Positions 40,435 through 51,231 of a stretch of 64,000 bases of DNA are shown here, piece by piece (within the stretch, counting starts at the first letter, position 1; each line of letters opens with the position of its first letter). The notes beneath the pieces were generated by a model. The model saw nothing but the letters and a program-made list of their open reading frames with translations. It searched no databases and was not told the DNA's origin. Made by a program: the position numbers and the translations under genes. This DNA comes from Theionarchaea archaeon (GTDB lineage Archaea > Methanobacteriota_B > Thermococci > Methanofastidiosales > SZ-28-30): the NCBI GenBank assembly GCA_018992685.1, contig JACVGT010000011.1, forward strand, positions 32,001 through 96,000, given 5' to 3'.

Positions 40435-40758
40435 TTCTCGTGGAAAACCTCTCATAATATTCCTCATCCTCTGTCGCGCTTTCATGAGATCGTGTTAGAG
40501 CTAAAGTGTTTTCCAGATGGTATTTTTTGACCAGATATTCTTCTTACTGAAGCTGACATCTATCGTAGGTAATATGACAGAAAACTCACTTCAAAGCAGG
40601 GATCATCTTCATGAAGGCTTTTCTGATGCTCAACATTAATTTTACTGTGGTATCTTGGATTTCTCCTTTCAAAATAGTGAAACTGGTTTCACTGTTTTTT
40701 TCATATAAACATATAATCAGTGAAAATCCCCGTTAACACAAAGAGCAGGTGATAAGAA

Positions 40759-41133
40759 ATGACTGGAAAATCCAAAGTAGAGAAGATGACCGACCTGTTG
40801 AAAGACCTGGAAGGTACAACCCCTGACATCGAAGCATCTGCTATCGTATCAGTAGATGGATTGATGATTGCATCTGCTTTACCTCGAGATGTGGAAGAAG
40901 ATAGAGTGGCTGCCATGTCAGCTGCCATGCTGTCACTGGGTGAACGAACTGCTGGTGAATTGGCAAGAGGTGCGCTTTCTGAAGTGTATGTGAAAGGAGA
41001 AAACGGGTATGTGGTGTTGATGTCTGTAGGAGAAAATGCTGTGTTGACAGCTCTCGCTCGAAAAGATGCCAAACTAGGCCTCGTCTTTCTGGATATGAAG
41101 CGAACCGCTGGAGATGTCGTCAACCTGATATAA
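40759..41133 (+). CDS. Roadblock/LC7 (MglB-like) protein
   Basis: IEASAIVSVDGLMIAS, RVAAMSAAMLSLGER, KLGLVFLDMKR. Confidence 0.92.
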   Translation: MTGKSKVEKMTDLLKDLEGTTPDIEASAIVSVDGLMIASALPRDVEEDRVAAMSAAMLSLGERTAGELARGALSEVYVKGENGYVVLMSVGENAVLTALARKDAKLGLVFLDMKRTAGDVVNLI

Positions 41134-41142
41134 GGTGATACA

Positions 41143-41778
41143 ATGGTTAAAGGTAGAAAAACCGACAACCTCACTATGCGGATCTGCCTCGAGGTGGTGG
41201 AGAGAATTGCTGGGCCCAATGGACTAAAATCAGTTCTGAACTATGCACATCTGGAGAAATACATCGAAAACCCTCCTCCTGACAATGATGAAATAGTTGT
41301 TCCCGTTGAAGACGTTAAGACCCTTTACATGTCTCTCATGGAGCTGTTTGGCCAGAAAGGTGCTCGCGGCCTCCAACTTCGTGTTGGAAGAGAGTTCATG
41401 TGCATTGGTCGTGATAAACGCCAAGAGATATCAAAAGATCTCAATGCTTCCCTTCAATCTGCTTCTGCAACAGAAAGGATGAAGTTCACTCTCAAGGTGT
41501 TCACGGAGCAGTTTGAACAGAGATGGACCTCTGGATCAGGCAAGCCTCGCTTTGAATTGCAGGAAGATGTTGACCATATCCTTGTTGTTGACAAGGACAA
41601 TCCTCTGACTGAGGACATTGAGTCTCAAGCCCCCATGTGTTTTGCCACTGTGGGTATGCTCCAAGAGTTATTGAACCGCGCCATGGGGAATCTGCATGAT
41701 GTAGTAGAGGTTGAGTGCAGAGCCATGGGGCATCCGGCTGACGTTTTCAGGATTTCCAAAGCCTGCAATGCGGATTGA
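41143..41778 (+). CDS. V4R-domain protein
   Basis: GPNGLKSVLNYA, GARGL..RVG, PMC...GML, EVECRAMGHPADVFRI. Confidence 0.82.
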   Translation: MVKGRKTDNLTMRICLEVVERIAGPNGLKSVLNYAHLEKYIENPPPDNDEIVVPVEDVKTLYMSLMELFGQKGARGLQLRVGREFMCIGRDKRQEISKDLNASLQSASATERMKFTLKVFTEQFEQRWTSGSGKPRFELQEDVDHILVVDKDNPLTEDIESQAPMCFATVGMLQELLNRAMGNLHDVVEVECRAMGHPADVFRISKACNAD

Positions 41779-41820
41779 ATTGCAGGAAGAGGACTGCAGG
41801 AAGAACTCGGGATAGGCCAT

Positions 41821-42180
41821 ATGAGTCTGAATCTTCTCCTGTCTGGAAAAGAAGGCCTCGTCTTTCTGGATATGAAGCGAACCGCTGGGAAAATTGAACT
41901 GGAGAAATTCATGGAGTAGATGAAGAATAGGCAGATCTCTTCAGGTGACAATCGGATGAAACTGCAGGAAGAAGATGACTGCTTCTTGCTCATTGACAGA
42001 GACTACTTTGAGAGCTCCAGCAGGACTTCGCCGCAGCCACGCTGTTACATGTATATCGGAATGCTTGAAAATCTTATGGAATGGGTCATCGGACACCGCC
42101 ACAAGGTCACCGAAATCAAGTACAGAAGCGTGAGTGATGACGCAGACATCCTTAAGATCTCAAAAAAAGCAGAGAAATAA
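41821..42180 (+). pseudogene. Remnant of a second roadblock-V4R cassette (internal deletion plus in-frame TAG)
   Basis: 36-bp exact copy of the roadblock 3' region (41853-41888 = 41076-41111) joined in frame to the C-terminal half of a V4R paralogue; TAG at 41917-41919. Confidence 0.7.
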
Positions 42181-42255
42181 AACATGTCACTCTTTTTTTC
42201 TTTATTGATTCAAGGGATACAAATGGGGCCAGCAAGAACGATGTCCCAGAATGGG

Positions 42256-42777
42256 TTAAGGATAATAATCCGGCACAATGAAAGGTGCCATGGCAAGAAT
42301 AATGCTATGCTCAAGAGCTGCCTGCCGGGTGACGAGATTCCCTGTAAGAGTGCCCACAGCGCCCGCCTTCTGTTTCGTATTGCATTCACCCCGTAGTCGA
42401 TCTATTGTGGGGCCCAGTTCCTTTCCCCTTCTGACTTCGGCAGCTACTGCTTCAGGCAGCAGGAGCTTCCCTCCGCCTCCAATGCCTCTCCGTCCTTTTC
42501 TGTCCTGTATCACAACCCAGCACGAAGCAAACATTCCATAATCAGTATCTACGGTAAACCCTTCTAGTCCAACCCCCATGTCAGCATCCACGTACTCCCG
42601 AGCTTGTCGTGCTCTCTGGTGAGCACCTATGATAGCTTCTTGATCAGAGGTCGGTTGATCATTAATTCCAGAGGAAACTGCAACTGGCAATACCCTGTAA
42701 TCATCCCATATCTGGTTCACCACCACTGAGACTGCATTCACCTTGACAGGATTCTTTGAACCAACTGAAACCAACAT
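42256..42777 (-). CDS. yjjX: Non-canonical purine NTP phosphatase (inosine/xanthosine triphosphatase)
   Basis: VGSKNPVKVNAV, SGINDQP, GAHQRA, GLEG, ELG, KQKAGAVGTLT. Confidence 0.9.
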   Translation of the reverse strand: MLVSVGSKNPVKVNAVSVVVNQIWDDYRVLPVAVSSGINDQPTSDQEAIIGAHQRARQAREYVDADMGVGLEGFTVDTDYGMFASCWVVIQDRKGRRGIGGGGKLLLPEAVAAEVRRGKELGPTIDRLRGECNTKQKAGAVGTLTGNLVTRQAALEHSIILAMAPFIVPDYYP

Positions 42778-42933
42778 ACTCTCACATATCTTCCTCACTT
42801 TAAACCCTTTTCTTTTCACATCACCACATGAATAGGCACCCCACTACCACTTTCTTGGAGCAGAAACATCCCCCCAAGACATGGATTGGAATCTGGGAGA
42901 ATCATATCTCATCGGGTGGAGGACCAGTTTTCG

Positions 42934-43269
42934 TCAATGAGAGCGTATCATGGTAAGAATCATCTTAAACTTGGTGACCGCCTTAACAGCATGGGGTTCA
43001 TGGGCAGGCATGATGATCATTTCGCCTTTTTTCAAGTAGACAGCCTTGCCAGAAATGATGATTTCTGCTTCCCCGTCAGTCACCCAGACCAACGCATCGA
43101 AGGGCGTAGTGTGTTCGCTGAGTTTCTGGCCTTCATCGAATGCGAAAAAGGTCACTGTTCCTGTTGGCTTTTCCATTACTATCCTGCTAACTACCGCACC
43201 TTTCTGGTACACAGCAAGTTCATCTACTGGTAGTGCTGTTGCAGGAACTATTTCAATGTCTTCTTTCAT
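42934..43269 (-). CDS. Cupin domain protein
   Basis: YQKGAVVSR, FAFDEGQKLSEHTTPFDA, MPAHEPHAVKA; AAGGAG RBS. Confidence 0.88.
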   Translation of the reverse strand: MKEDIEIVPATALPVDELAVYQKGAVVSRIVMEKPTGTVTFFAFDEGQKLSEHTTPFDALVWVTDGEAEIIISGKAVYLKKGEMIIMPAHEPHAVKAVTKFKMILTMIRSH

Positions 43270-44293
43270 TTTTCTCATCTCCTTGCTCGCGAGGCCCCTT
43301 GCGGTCTGTAATCCTGTTGTTCTCCATCTTCTGCATTGGGGAAACCACTGGATCGTAGCCGCTTGGATTCTGCCTGAATGGTTCCTCATTCACTGCGAGG
43401 GTTTCTTCCTTAATCATTATGTTTTGTTGCTCTTGGGAGAACATAAGTGTTGTCGTTCCGGTTGAGTCAATATACAAGAAGATTTGCGGAACTGAGTTTC
43501 TCGTGGTTCAGAACTCTGCATGACGCAGAACCTTGAAAAAAAGAGTCAGTCCAGAGAAGTGCAAGAGAAATGAAAAGTGCAGAGGACCTGACGGAGGGGT
43601 GAAAGGAGGGCGAAAGATCGTGCATTTACAGGCCCTCTGCTTGAGGCCATCCGGCGCAGTATAGTGGGGAAGCGTTTGCTTGGTTTGTTGACAGCCTGTG
43701 ATAGGTGCTGTAGATGGAGACAACAAAGAGAATCGTAGCTTCCTTTCTACATTCTCTTCCATAGTACCAGCATCAAATCACTTCCATGTTTCTTTTTGAG
43801 GAAAGAAGTCCCGTTCTTGGAACCTGTACCGGGGGGCATGACACCACAGCGATACAACGTGTTTCTAGCCGGAATTGGACTGTTCTCTCACTGCTGTAAT
43901 CATGAGGAACGGTGTCCATGCCTGGAGTATAGCGCAATTATTTCTGACGAAATCTAAGGGCAGACTGCTAGTTCTGATCCGGGCTATCATTGCCTTCATG
44001 GAAGAGACCGGTTCAAAACCTAACCTCTTTTCACAGCACCAAACAGTCATAGTCTTATTCGCAAAAATACTATTTAAGAGTCTTGTGGTGTACAAGTGTA
44101 CACGTCAGGAAGTGCTGTTGAGGAGCTGGCATGCAGTGAGGTGGAAGGAAAGCACATAAACCACACGATTAGTAACGAAATGTTTATAAAGAAGACTACC
44201 TCTACTATGGGCGGTGCTGCAGATGATTGTGTTTTGACGTGTAATCTGGCATTTCTCTTCGGGTCGTAAAGCCCAACCCTTTTAGGTGATTTC

Positions 44294-47224
44294 ATGATTA
44301 AAGAATTCCACATTGAAGATGCCCAGAAGCTGGCTGACATGTTGAATAGGAGTGACGAAGCGTGGCCAGGGGGACTCACCCACGGCATAGACTTCACGGC
44401 AAAAAGCGTAATGGAAGATCGAAAAAGAGAGAGTATTCTTGCGACGTACTGTGCATGGGATGATGACAATATCGTGGGACTTACGGAAATCATCGAGTTC
44501 TGGAGAGATACCAATGTCCTGTATATCGACTTTCTCAACGTTGAACCCACCCATCATGGTCGAGGATATGGAAGAGATCTCCTCAAGACCTGTGTTGAGA
44601 AGGCTACTGAGTTGAAAAGTAAGAGACTGGATCTTCATACATGGTCAGGTAACATGAAAGCAGTTCCCCTCTACAAGAAGACAGGGTTTTTCTGGGTTCC
44701 TAAAACGTCTGTGCACATGAAGAATTTCCTCCCCTTGATCCTGAGCCTTCAGGCTGCCAAATTCTTCTTCGAAAAGCACAATTGGTATACTACCTTCAAG
44801 AGAGAACTGAAGGTTGAAGAAGATGACTATGATGGCATATATCCCTACCACTGGGAAGAAGCGGAGGATATCCTCTCTGTGGTGATAGATGCAGAATCAG
44901 GGGGGGTAATCCAGTTCGAAAACAACGATTTTACAGTCTACCAGAAGGTGGAACCCGTATTCGTGGGAGAAAAAGCTTCTGTGACATGGGAGATTAAGAA
45001 TAAGACCCCCACTCCCCTGGAGGTTGCATTGATATCTAGAGGAGAAGACGGTATTGTGATGGATTTCAGGAAATCCTTCACCGTTCAGGATGTCGAGACA
45101 GTGACGGCCACAGTCTCTGTTGACCCAGACATTGAAATCAGGAAAAAAGAGGAGCCTCCTCATCAGCTCTCTACCGACGTCATCATCAATGGAATACTTC
45201 TCCCTCTTGTTTCAGGATTGCGGGTAACTCATGGAGTAGAGGTCTCTACATTTCCCGAGTTTGTGGTGGTTCCTCCAGGCGAGCAGTCTATCATGGTGAT
45301 ACTCAAGAACAATAGGCAGAACCATGTTGAAGGGGTGATTACGTGCCAGAATACCGGTGAATCCCACGAGTTCAGTATAGAACCTGGATACAGCGAAGGT
45401 ATCCCCTTTACTCTGCGTTTGGCACGAGACTGTGAGCTGCGATTTTCCATAGAGGGCGCCCTGCCCATCCACATAGTACCCGTACGGGTGACGACGGGTG
45501 GCGCAGTACTAATGCAGAAAGGGAGAGACGTCATTCTTGAAAATGCTCACGCCAGAATGATTGTTTCGCTGGCGGGAGGGGAAACTTCCATCTTTGTGAA
45601 GAACACTCAAGAAATGGAGATCAAGTACGCCGGTGACGAACTGGGACCTCCGTACTGGCCATCAGAGTTGTTTAAAACATCGTACACGGTAAGAATGAAG
45701 CAGTGCACTGGCAAAGTTAGTGCAGAATTCACTGCCTACTCGAAAAAGTATGACACCACAGTTGTTCGTAAAGTTGAAATGGACGCTGGTCCTTTGATCA
45801 AAATCGAGTATTCCTTCACCCCACAAAGAGATCTTTACGTGCAGTTTGGCGGAGAGGCCAGTTTCGCCGGAGGGCTCTTAACTCTTCCGCTCACAGAGGG
45901 ATTCATTTCAGAACCTACTGTTGATGAGGATTTTCCTCTGGGTCATGGAGACCTTCCTGAAGACTCCACAGCATATGAAGAACAGTGGGCGTGCCACCAG
46001 ATGGGTGACGCAGTCCTCGGTGTCATATGGGAGAAATGCGTGAAAATGAACGTGAGTAGATATTCATTCCCCGGGATCATCCTGGACACCCGGAATCCGC
46101 GTCCATTCTACCTGTACGTGGGAAGAGGGACCTGGAAGGATGTGAGGAACAGCTGGTCTTTGCTGCACAACGTGGCGGTACCACCTGCGGAACCTAAAAG
46201 TGTGTGGGATGTCAGCCCTTCCCTGGTGGTGACTGTCGACGATATGATTACTGAGCAATTCACTCTCAGTAACAGGAGAAAAAGAACTCTGGAAGGGAAC
46301 GTAACCGGGATCCCTTTTAAAGCGGCGAGAGGGTCACCCTTTACCTTTGAAGCTGCCCTTGAGGCTCCAGACGTTGGCATCCACGAACGAGTTCTGCACA
46401 TGGAGACAGATCTCTTTTCCAGAAATATTCCCGTGATGGTTGTCAGAGCAGGAAAAAGGAGTAACGTCGTCGTCCTTGAAGAAGGAGATACCATACAGGT
46501 TAATAATGGATTATACCGGTTTGAAGTTGCTCCATCGTACTATGGATCAGTGGTCTTCTGGGGGGATAACGTGAACCACCTGCTGACCCCATATCCAGAG
46601 ACCACACAGCTTGCCTGGTTCCGCCCCTGGTATGGGGGGATCCATCCAGTCGTCTTTGCTGAAAAAAGAGATTTCCCTGGTCGAATGCATAAAGAAGCTT
46701 TCAGCTGCGCTATTGCAGAAAGAAAAACACACGGTATTTCATGGAAGGGCGTTACCGTGACATCTACCCTCCAGGAGATTAAGGGAATCGGCCTGGAAAC
46801 TTCCTACCTGACAGCAGGACACAGCAATCTTCTGGTCATCTGCCACACACTGAAGAATCTGACATCTGCCCCCCGTTCTGTGTATTCAGGAATGACATTT
46901 TTTGTACAGCCAGACGGTTCTCTAACAGATTCCACCTTGTACTACCGCAGCCCTCAATTGGTTCAAAGAAGACGAACCTCCTATGGAGGGCTATCAGCGG
47001 GCAGGGAATGGGCTGCGGTCCAAGGAACATCAACATTCCTCACCGTTGTGGCAGACAGTATTCATGCACTTGATCTGGGAAGAGAGGGCGCTCATATATT
47101 CAGCGCCAGAAAACGGGACATTCCCCCACACGGTTCTGTCACTGAATTCCAGTATTTAGTGGCAGCACACTCTCTGGAAGAATCGCAGGCATATAAGAGT
47201 TTGAGGGGATTGCAGTGGATCTAG
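44294..47224 (+). CDS. Large (976 aa) GNAT acetyltransferase-domain protein
   Basis: N-terminal LNVEPTHHGRGYGRDLL and NMKAVPLYKKTGF GNAT motifs; long beta-rich C-terminal region unassigned. Confidence 0.8.
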   Translation: MIKEFHIEDAQKLADMLNRSDEAWPGGLTHGIDFTAKSVMEDRKRESILATYCAWDDDNIVGLTEIIEFWRDTNVLYIDFLNVEPTHHGRGYGRDLLKTCVEKATELKSKRLDLHTWSGNMKAVPLYKKTGFFWVPKTSVHMKNFLPLILSLQAAKFFFEKHNWYTTFKRELKVEEDDYDGIYPYHWEEAEDILSVVIDAESGGVIQFENNDFTVYQKVEPVFVGEKASVTWEIKNKTPTPLEVALISRGEDGIVMDFRKSFTVQDVETVTATVSVDPDIEIRKKEEPPHQLSTDVIINGILLPLVSGLRVTHGVEVSTFPEFVVVPPGEQSIMVILKNNRQNHVEGVITCQNTGESHEFSIEPGYSEGIPFTLRLARDCELRFSIEGALPIHIVPVRVTTGGAVLMQKGRDVILENAHARMIVSLAGGETSIFVKNTQEMEIKYAGDELGPPYWPSELFKTSYTVRMKQCTGKVSAEFTAYSKKYDTTVVRKVEMDAGPLIKIEYSFTPQRDLYVQFGGEASFAGGLLTLPLTEGFISEPTVDEDFPLGHGDLPEDSTAYEEQWACHQMGDAVLGVIWEKCVKMNVSRYSFPGIILDTRNPRPFYLYVGRGTWKDVRNSWSLLHNVAVPPAEPKSVWDVSPSLVVTVDDMITEQFTLSNRRKRTLEGNVTGIPFKAARGSPFTFEAALEAPDVGIHERVLHMETDLFSRNIPVMVVRAGKRSNVVVLEEGDTIQVNNGLYRFEVAPSYYGSVVFWGDNVNHLLTPYPETTQLAWFRPWYGGIHPVVFAEKRDFPGRMHKEAFSCAIAERKTHGISWKGVTVTSTLQEIKGIGLETSYLTAGHSNLLVICHTLKNLTSAPRSVYSGMTFFVQPDGSLTDSTLYYRSPQLVQRRRTSYGGLSAGREWAAVQGTSTFLTVVADSIHALDLGREGAHIFSARKRDIPPHGSVTEFQYLVAAHSLEESQAYKSLRGLQWI

Positions 47225-48225
47225 CACCAGAGCATGCTATAATAGCAAAGGGTGTTGTAAAGACATTCAGGAAAAAGGGACGTCGGAAATATGGGATAGG
47301 TCCGAAGATAACCCCGGATGAACTCATTTATGCAGTGAACGGTGTTGATCTTACCGTACGCAGGGGAGAACTTTTTGGGTTGTTGGGCCCCAATGGTGCG
47401 GGGAAAACCACTCTCGTAAAGTGTTTGTCCACCCTTCTCCTTCCCAACAAGGGGACTGCCATCATCAGTGGGCATGACATTATCAATGATCCTATTGCTG
47501 CCAGGGAGTGCATAGGGATTACCACAGGGGGAGAAAGGACATTGTACTGGAAGTTGTCAGGAAGAGATAATCTCAGATACTTTGCTGCCTTGTATGGACT
47601 CTCAAGCGAGGAAGCAGATAGGCGGATCAGCTACCTCATGAAGATCATGGGCCTGGAAGATAGGCAGTATGAACGCATTGAAAAATATTCCACAGGGATG
47701 CGCCAGAAAGTGTCCATTTCAAGAGCTCTGATCCATGATCCACCTGTTCTGCTGCTGGATGAGCCAACTCTGGGCCTTGATCCCTCGTTTTCTCGGTTCA
47801 TACGTTCTTTCATCAAGAAAGATTTGAACCAGAAGCAGAAAAAGACCATTATTCTTACCACGCACTATATGGACGAGGCAGATCAGCTGTGTGACCGTAT
47901 TGCCATTATGAATGAGGGGAAAATAGTGGCTGTGGATACACCCGAAGTCCTGAAGAGAAGGATACCCCAAGACGAGGTCCTGGAGGTCAGATGTCTGGGA
48001 CATGCTGATTTCTCCGGGATTGGACAGAGAGTGTATGCAGATTCTGTAGAAGGAGTGACCATATACCGAATTCATGCAGAAAATGTGGAAGATATCATGT
48101 CACAGGTGATACAGGCTGCTCACTCAGCAAAGATTCTCTCCATGAATGTTACCAAGCCCACCTTGGAGGATGTATTCATACATCTGACAGGGGCACGCCT
48201 GACAGGTGAGGACAATGAGCAGTGA
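47215..48225 (+). CDS. ABC-2 exporter ATP-binding protein (DrrA-like)
   Basis: GPNGAGKTT, YSTGMRQK, LDEPT, TTHYMDEA, PTLEDVF. Confidence 0.92.
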   Translation: MDLAPEHAIIAKGVVKTFRKKGRRKYGIGPKITPDELIYAVNGVDLTVRRGELFGLLGPNGAGKTTLVKCLSTLLLPNKGTAIISGHDIINDPIAARECIGITTGGERTLYWKLSGRDNLRYFAALYGLSSEEADRRISYLMKIMGLEDRQYERIEKYSTGMRQKVSISRALIHDPPVLLLDEPTLGLDPSFSRFIRSFIKKDLNQKQKKTIILTTHYMDEADQLCDRIAIMNEGKIVAVDTPEVLKRRIPQDEVLEVRCLGHADFSGIGQRVYADSVEGVTIYRIHAENVEDIMSQVIQAAHSAKILSMNVTKPTLEDVFIHLTGARLTGEDNEQ

Positions 48226-49036
48226 ATTGTTTCTGGTGAAAGAAGAAATCAAGAAAAATATTAAGATACTGTTGTGCTACCCAGTGGAGATCATGTTCTG
48301 GGCCATTTTTCCCATCCTGTGGGTTATCCCCTTTATTTTTCAGGGCGAGGCACTGGTGGGAGGTTCTACCAGTTCTCAATTCAAGGAATTGGCAGGGACG
48401 GAGCAATTCATCCCTTTTGTGTTGATAGGAGCTATCATATCTACATATTTGTTCTCCTCTCTGTATGGGATGGGAGGAAGTATTCGCATGGAATCGTACT
48501 GGGGTACCCTGGAGTACATTCTGGGGAGCCCTGCTCGCAAGATCTCTGTGCTCATGGGGAAAGCTCTCAGCGAGTCGATTTCTTCCACGTTCTTTGTGGC
48601 CACCCAGGTTCTCATATGCGTATTCGGGTTCGGGCTGAAACTAACGGTAGCAAAGGTTTTGCCGATCCTCCTGGTGCTGCTTCTGCTGGTGGCGGGATTG
48701 TACGGGATGGCTATTGCCCTTGCAGGAGTGACGCTGCAGATAAAGGAAAGCAGATCACTGGTCCATACCATAGAATATTTATTCTATCTGTTCTCGCCCA
48801 TCAGGTATCCCGTGGGAATAAACCCAGTGATTGCCACTGTTTCACTGGTGATACCCCTGACGTATGCCTTGATTGCAATCAGAGGGATATGGCTCCTAAA
48901 CCAGCCTATGTCAACCTTGTGGGGATACGTTGGGCTGCTGGCTCTCTTAGATGTGATATTCATTGGCGTGGGATATACAATCTTTTACTACATGGAAAAA
49001 AGGGTGAGGAAAAGTGGATCTGTTTCCCAGTACTAG
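48215..49036 (+). CDS. ABC-2 type permease
   Basis: About 6 TM; E..GTLEY..SP, YP, PLTYAL. Confidence 0.88.
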   Translation: MSSELFLVKEEIKKNIKILLCYPVEIMFWAIFPILWVIPFIFQGEALVGGSTSSQFKELAGTEQFIPFVLIGAIISTYLFSSLYGMGGSIRMESYWGTLEYILGSPARKISVLMGKALSESISSTFFVATQVLICVFGFGLKLTVAKVLPILLVLLLLVAGLYGMAIALAGVTLQIKESRSLVHTIEYLFYLFSPIRYPVGINPVIATVSLVIPLTYALIAIRGIWLLNQPMSTLWGYVGLLALLDVIFIGVGYTIFYYMEKRVRKSGSVSQY

Positions 49037-49865
49037 CCGGATTCTGCGGTATCTGCGCGGCATGAATGCTGAGAATGTAAAAGAATGGAAGATTGAGCTA
49101 ACGTACAGGGCAGATTTTATCAGGGGAATGCTGGAGCCCTTGATTTTTGTATTTCCCTTCGTGCTATTTGCCATGTCGCTCATGGGTGGAAGGACATCCT
49201 CCGTTCTGGAAGGGCTGACTGGCGTGTCTGATGGTATCACCTACACCATCATTGGATACATCTTCATGGGATTTCTGAATACTGCAGTCTGGGGCATGGG
49301 ATTTGCCCTCAGGAAGGAACAATGGTACGGGACCCTGGAGTCTATATTTGTTGCCCCTGTTCCCAGATGGGTATATGTTCTGGGAATGGCCCTCCATTCT
49401 ACTGTCCATCAGGGGATCATATTGTTCTTCCAGATCCTGGTAGTCTACGTCTTATTCGGTGTGATACTCAATGTCCAGGGAGTTCTGCCTGTTCTTGTGT
49501 TCATTGCTCTCATGTTGATATCGTTGGTGGGGCTGGGGCTCATGGTTTCTGGGCTGGCCCTCATATTCAAAGAAGGATGGATTGTCTCAGAAGTCTTGTA
49601 CTCTTTGATTACTATTGTGACACCAATTGCATATCCTCTGGCCGTGCTTCCCCCTTTGCTCCAGAAGATATCTCTGACCATGCCCACGACGTATGCCATT
49701 ACGGGGATCCGTCACTTCTTGATTGATGAGAATATGGGAGTGGGATTGTTGGATTCATACTCCCGGCTGATTATCATCGGAGTGTGCTGGATTATCACGG
49801 GATTGCTTATATTTCAGATAGTGGACAGAAAAGTGAGAAGGGAAGGGACTCTGGCAGAGTACTAG
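49014..49865 (+). CDS. ABC-2 type permease (paralogue)
   Basis: About 6 TM; EQWYGTLES..AP, YPLAVLP, PTTYAI. Confidence 0.88.
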   Translation: MDLFPSTSRILRYLRGMNAENVKEWKIELTYRADFIRGMLEPLIFVFPFVLFAMSLMGGRTSSVLEGLTGVSDGITYTIIGYIFMGFLNTAVWGMGFALRKEQWYGTLESIFVAPVPRWVYVLGMALHSTVHQGIILFFQILVVYVLFGVILNVQGVLPVLVFIALMLISLVGLGLMVSGLALIFKEGWIVSEVLYSLITIVTPIAYPLAVLPPLLQKISLTMPTTYAITGIRHFLIDENMGVGLLDSYSRLIIIGVCWIITGLLIFQIVDRKVRREGTLAEY

Positions 49866-50019
49866 TGGAACAACGACCACGGTTCTCCTTCTTTCAGTAC
49901 TGGATGTTCACCATCAGCCAGACATATTACCCCCTTCTTGTTAATTATTTGCTGCCCTTGAGATTATCAACAGTGGACTTGAACAATAATCTTATATATG
50001 ACTGCATGATGGTACCAGT

Positions 50020-51123
50020 ATGGCAGACATAAGAATGGAACGACTGGCAGATCTCATTGTCAATTATTCGGTGAGTGCACAGAAAGGACAGGAAATTTTC
50101 ATCATTGGGCCAACCATCTCCTACCCCATGATTGAACAGCTGTACAAATATGTTCTGCTGGCAAAAGCATATCCCACCGTGATTTTCCTGGATGAACGGC
50201 TGGATGATATTCAGTTTCGTTACGGGGAGGATCACCAGCTGCAGCATGTTCCCTTGCTTTCCAGGCATGCAGTGGAGGAAGCAGACATTCTGATCAGGGT
50301 AAAAGCAGAGCGGAACCCCAGACACTTGGCGAATGTGGAAACAGGGAAAATAGCTAAAAATGTTGCATCAAGGAGGGAAATTTCTGACATCATGTCGGAA
50401 CGAATTAGAAAGGGAGAACTGTCCTGGAACCTGGTGCCCTTCCCCACGGAATCAATGGCACAGGAAGGTTCCATGAATCTTATGGACTATGAAGACTTCG
50501 TTTATAAGGCCTGCTTTGCTCATGTCGATGAACCCAAGAAGGAATGGATGAAAGTCTCTGAACATCAGCAAAAAATCGTCGACTACCTTGGCAGGAAATC
50601 AGAACTTCGATACGTAGGAGAAGACACAGATATTACCTTTGCCATCAAGGGACGCATCTGGATAAATGCAGACGGGAAAAAGAACATGCCTGATGGCGAA
50701 GTGTTCACTGGTCCACTTGAGGATTCAGCAGAAGGTACCATCAGGTTCACATATCCTGCAATCTATAGCGGCAATGAAGTAGAAGACATCAGATTGACCT
50801 TCAAGAAAGGAGTAGTCACAGAGGCCAGAGCCAGGAAAGGCGAAGAACTGCTTCGCCAGATGGTGGGACTGGACGAAGGATCAAACAGAGTTGGCGAAGT
50901 GGCTATCGGAACCAATTATGAGGTTACTCAGTTCACCAAGGACATGCTCTTTGACGAGAAGATGGGCGGAACCATCCACATGGCGCTAGGAAGAGGAATA
51001 CCAGAGACCGGCAGTGAAATCATGTCAGCCATACACTGGGATATGTTGAAGGACATGAGAAAGGGCGGGAAAATCTTTGCCGACGGAGAATTGTTCTACG
51101 AAAATGGGAAATTCCTAATCTAA
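50020..51123 (+). CDS. M29 family aminopeptidase (AmpS/AmpT-like)
   Basis: NMPDGEVFTGP, GEVAIG, LFDEKMGGTIHMALG, SAIHWDM. Confidence 0.93.
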   Translation: MADIRMERLADLIVNYSVSAQKGQEIFIIGPTISYPMIEQLYKYVLLAKAYPTVIFLDERLDDIQFRYGEDHQLQHVPLLSRHAVEEADILIRVKAERNPRHLANVETGKIAKNVASRREISDIMSERIRKGELSWNLVPFPTESMAQEGSMNLMDYEDFVYKACFAHVDEPKKEWMKVSEHQQKIVDYLGRKSELRYVGEDTDITFAIKGRIWINADGKKNMPDGEVFTGPLEDSAEGTIRFTYPAIYSGNEVEDIRLTFKKGVVTEARARKGEELLRQMVGLDEGSNRVGEVAIGTNYEVTQFTKDMLFDEKMGGTIHMALGRGIPETGSEIMSAIHWDMLKDMRKGGKIFADGELFYENGKFLI

Positions 51124-51231
51124 TCATTGTCATGGTGGTTCACTCACTACAGAGTGCGTGGTCTCTCTGCCATGCACTCACCTTTTTCTGCTTGGCTTTC
51201 CATGAAGTAATTCGTGTACGGAGGAATTTGT

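Noticed and set aside
43579-43640. Hammerhead ribozyme (CTGAC...CGAAA)
   Set aside because: Core reads CUGACGG rather than CUGANGA, and stems II/III cannot be formed convincingly
48274-49065. 263-aa alternative-frame ORF (and other long overlapping ORFs such as 17987-18838 and 27104-27928)
   Set aside because: Overlap well-supported genes and have no protein-like motifs; treated as shadow ORFs
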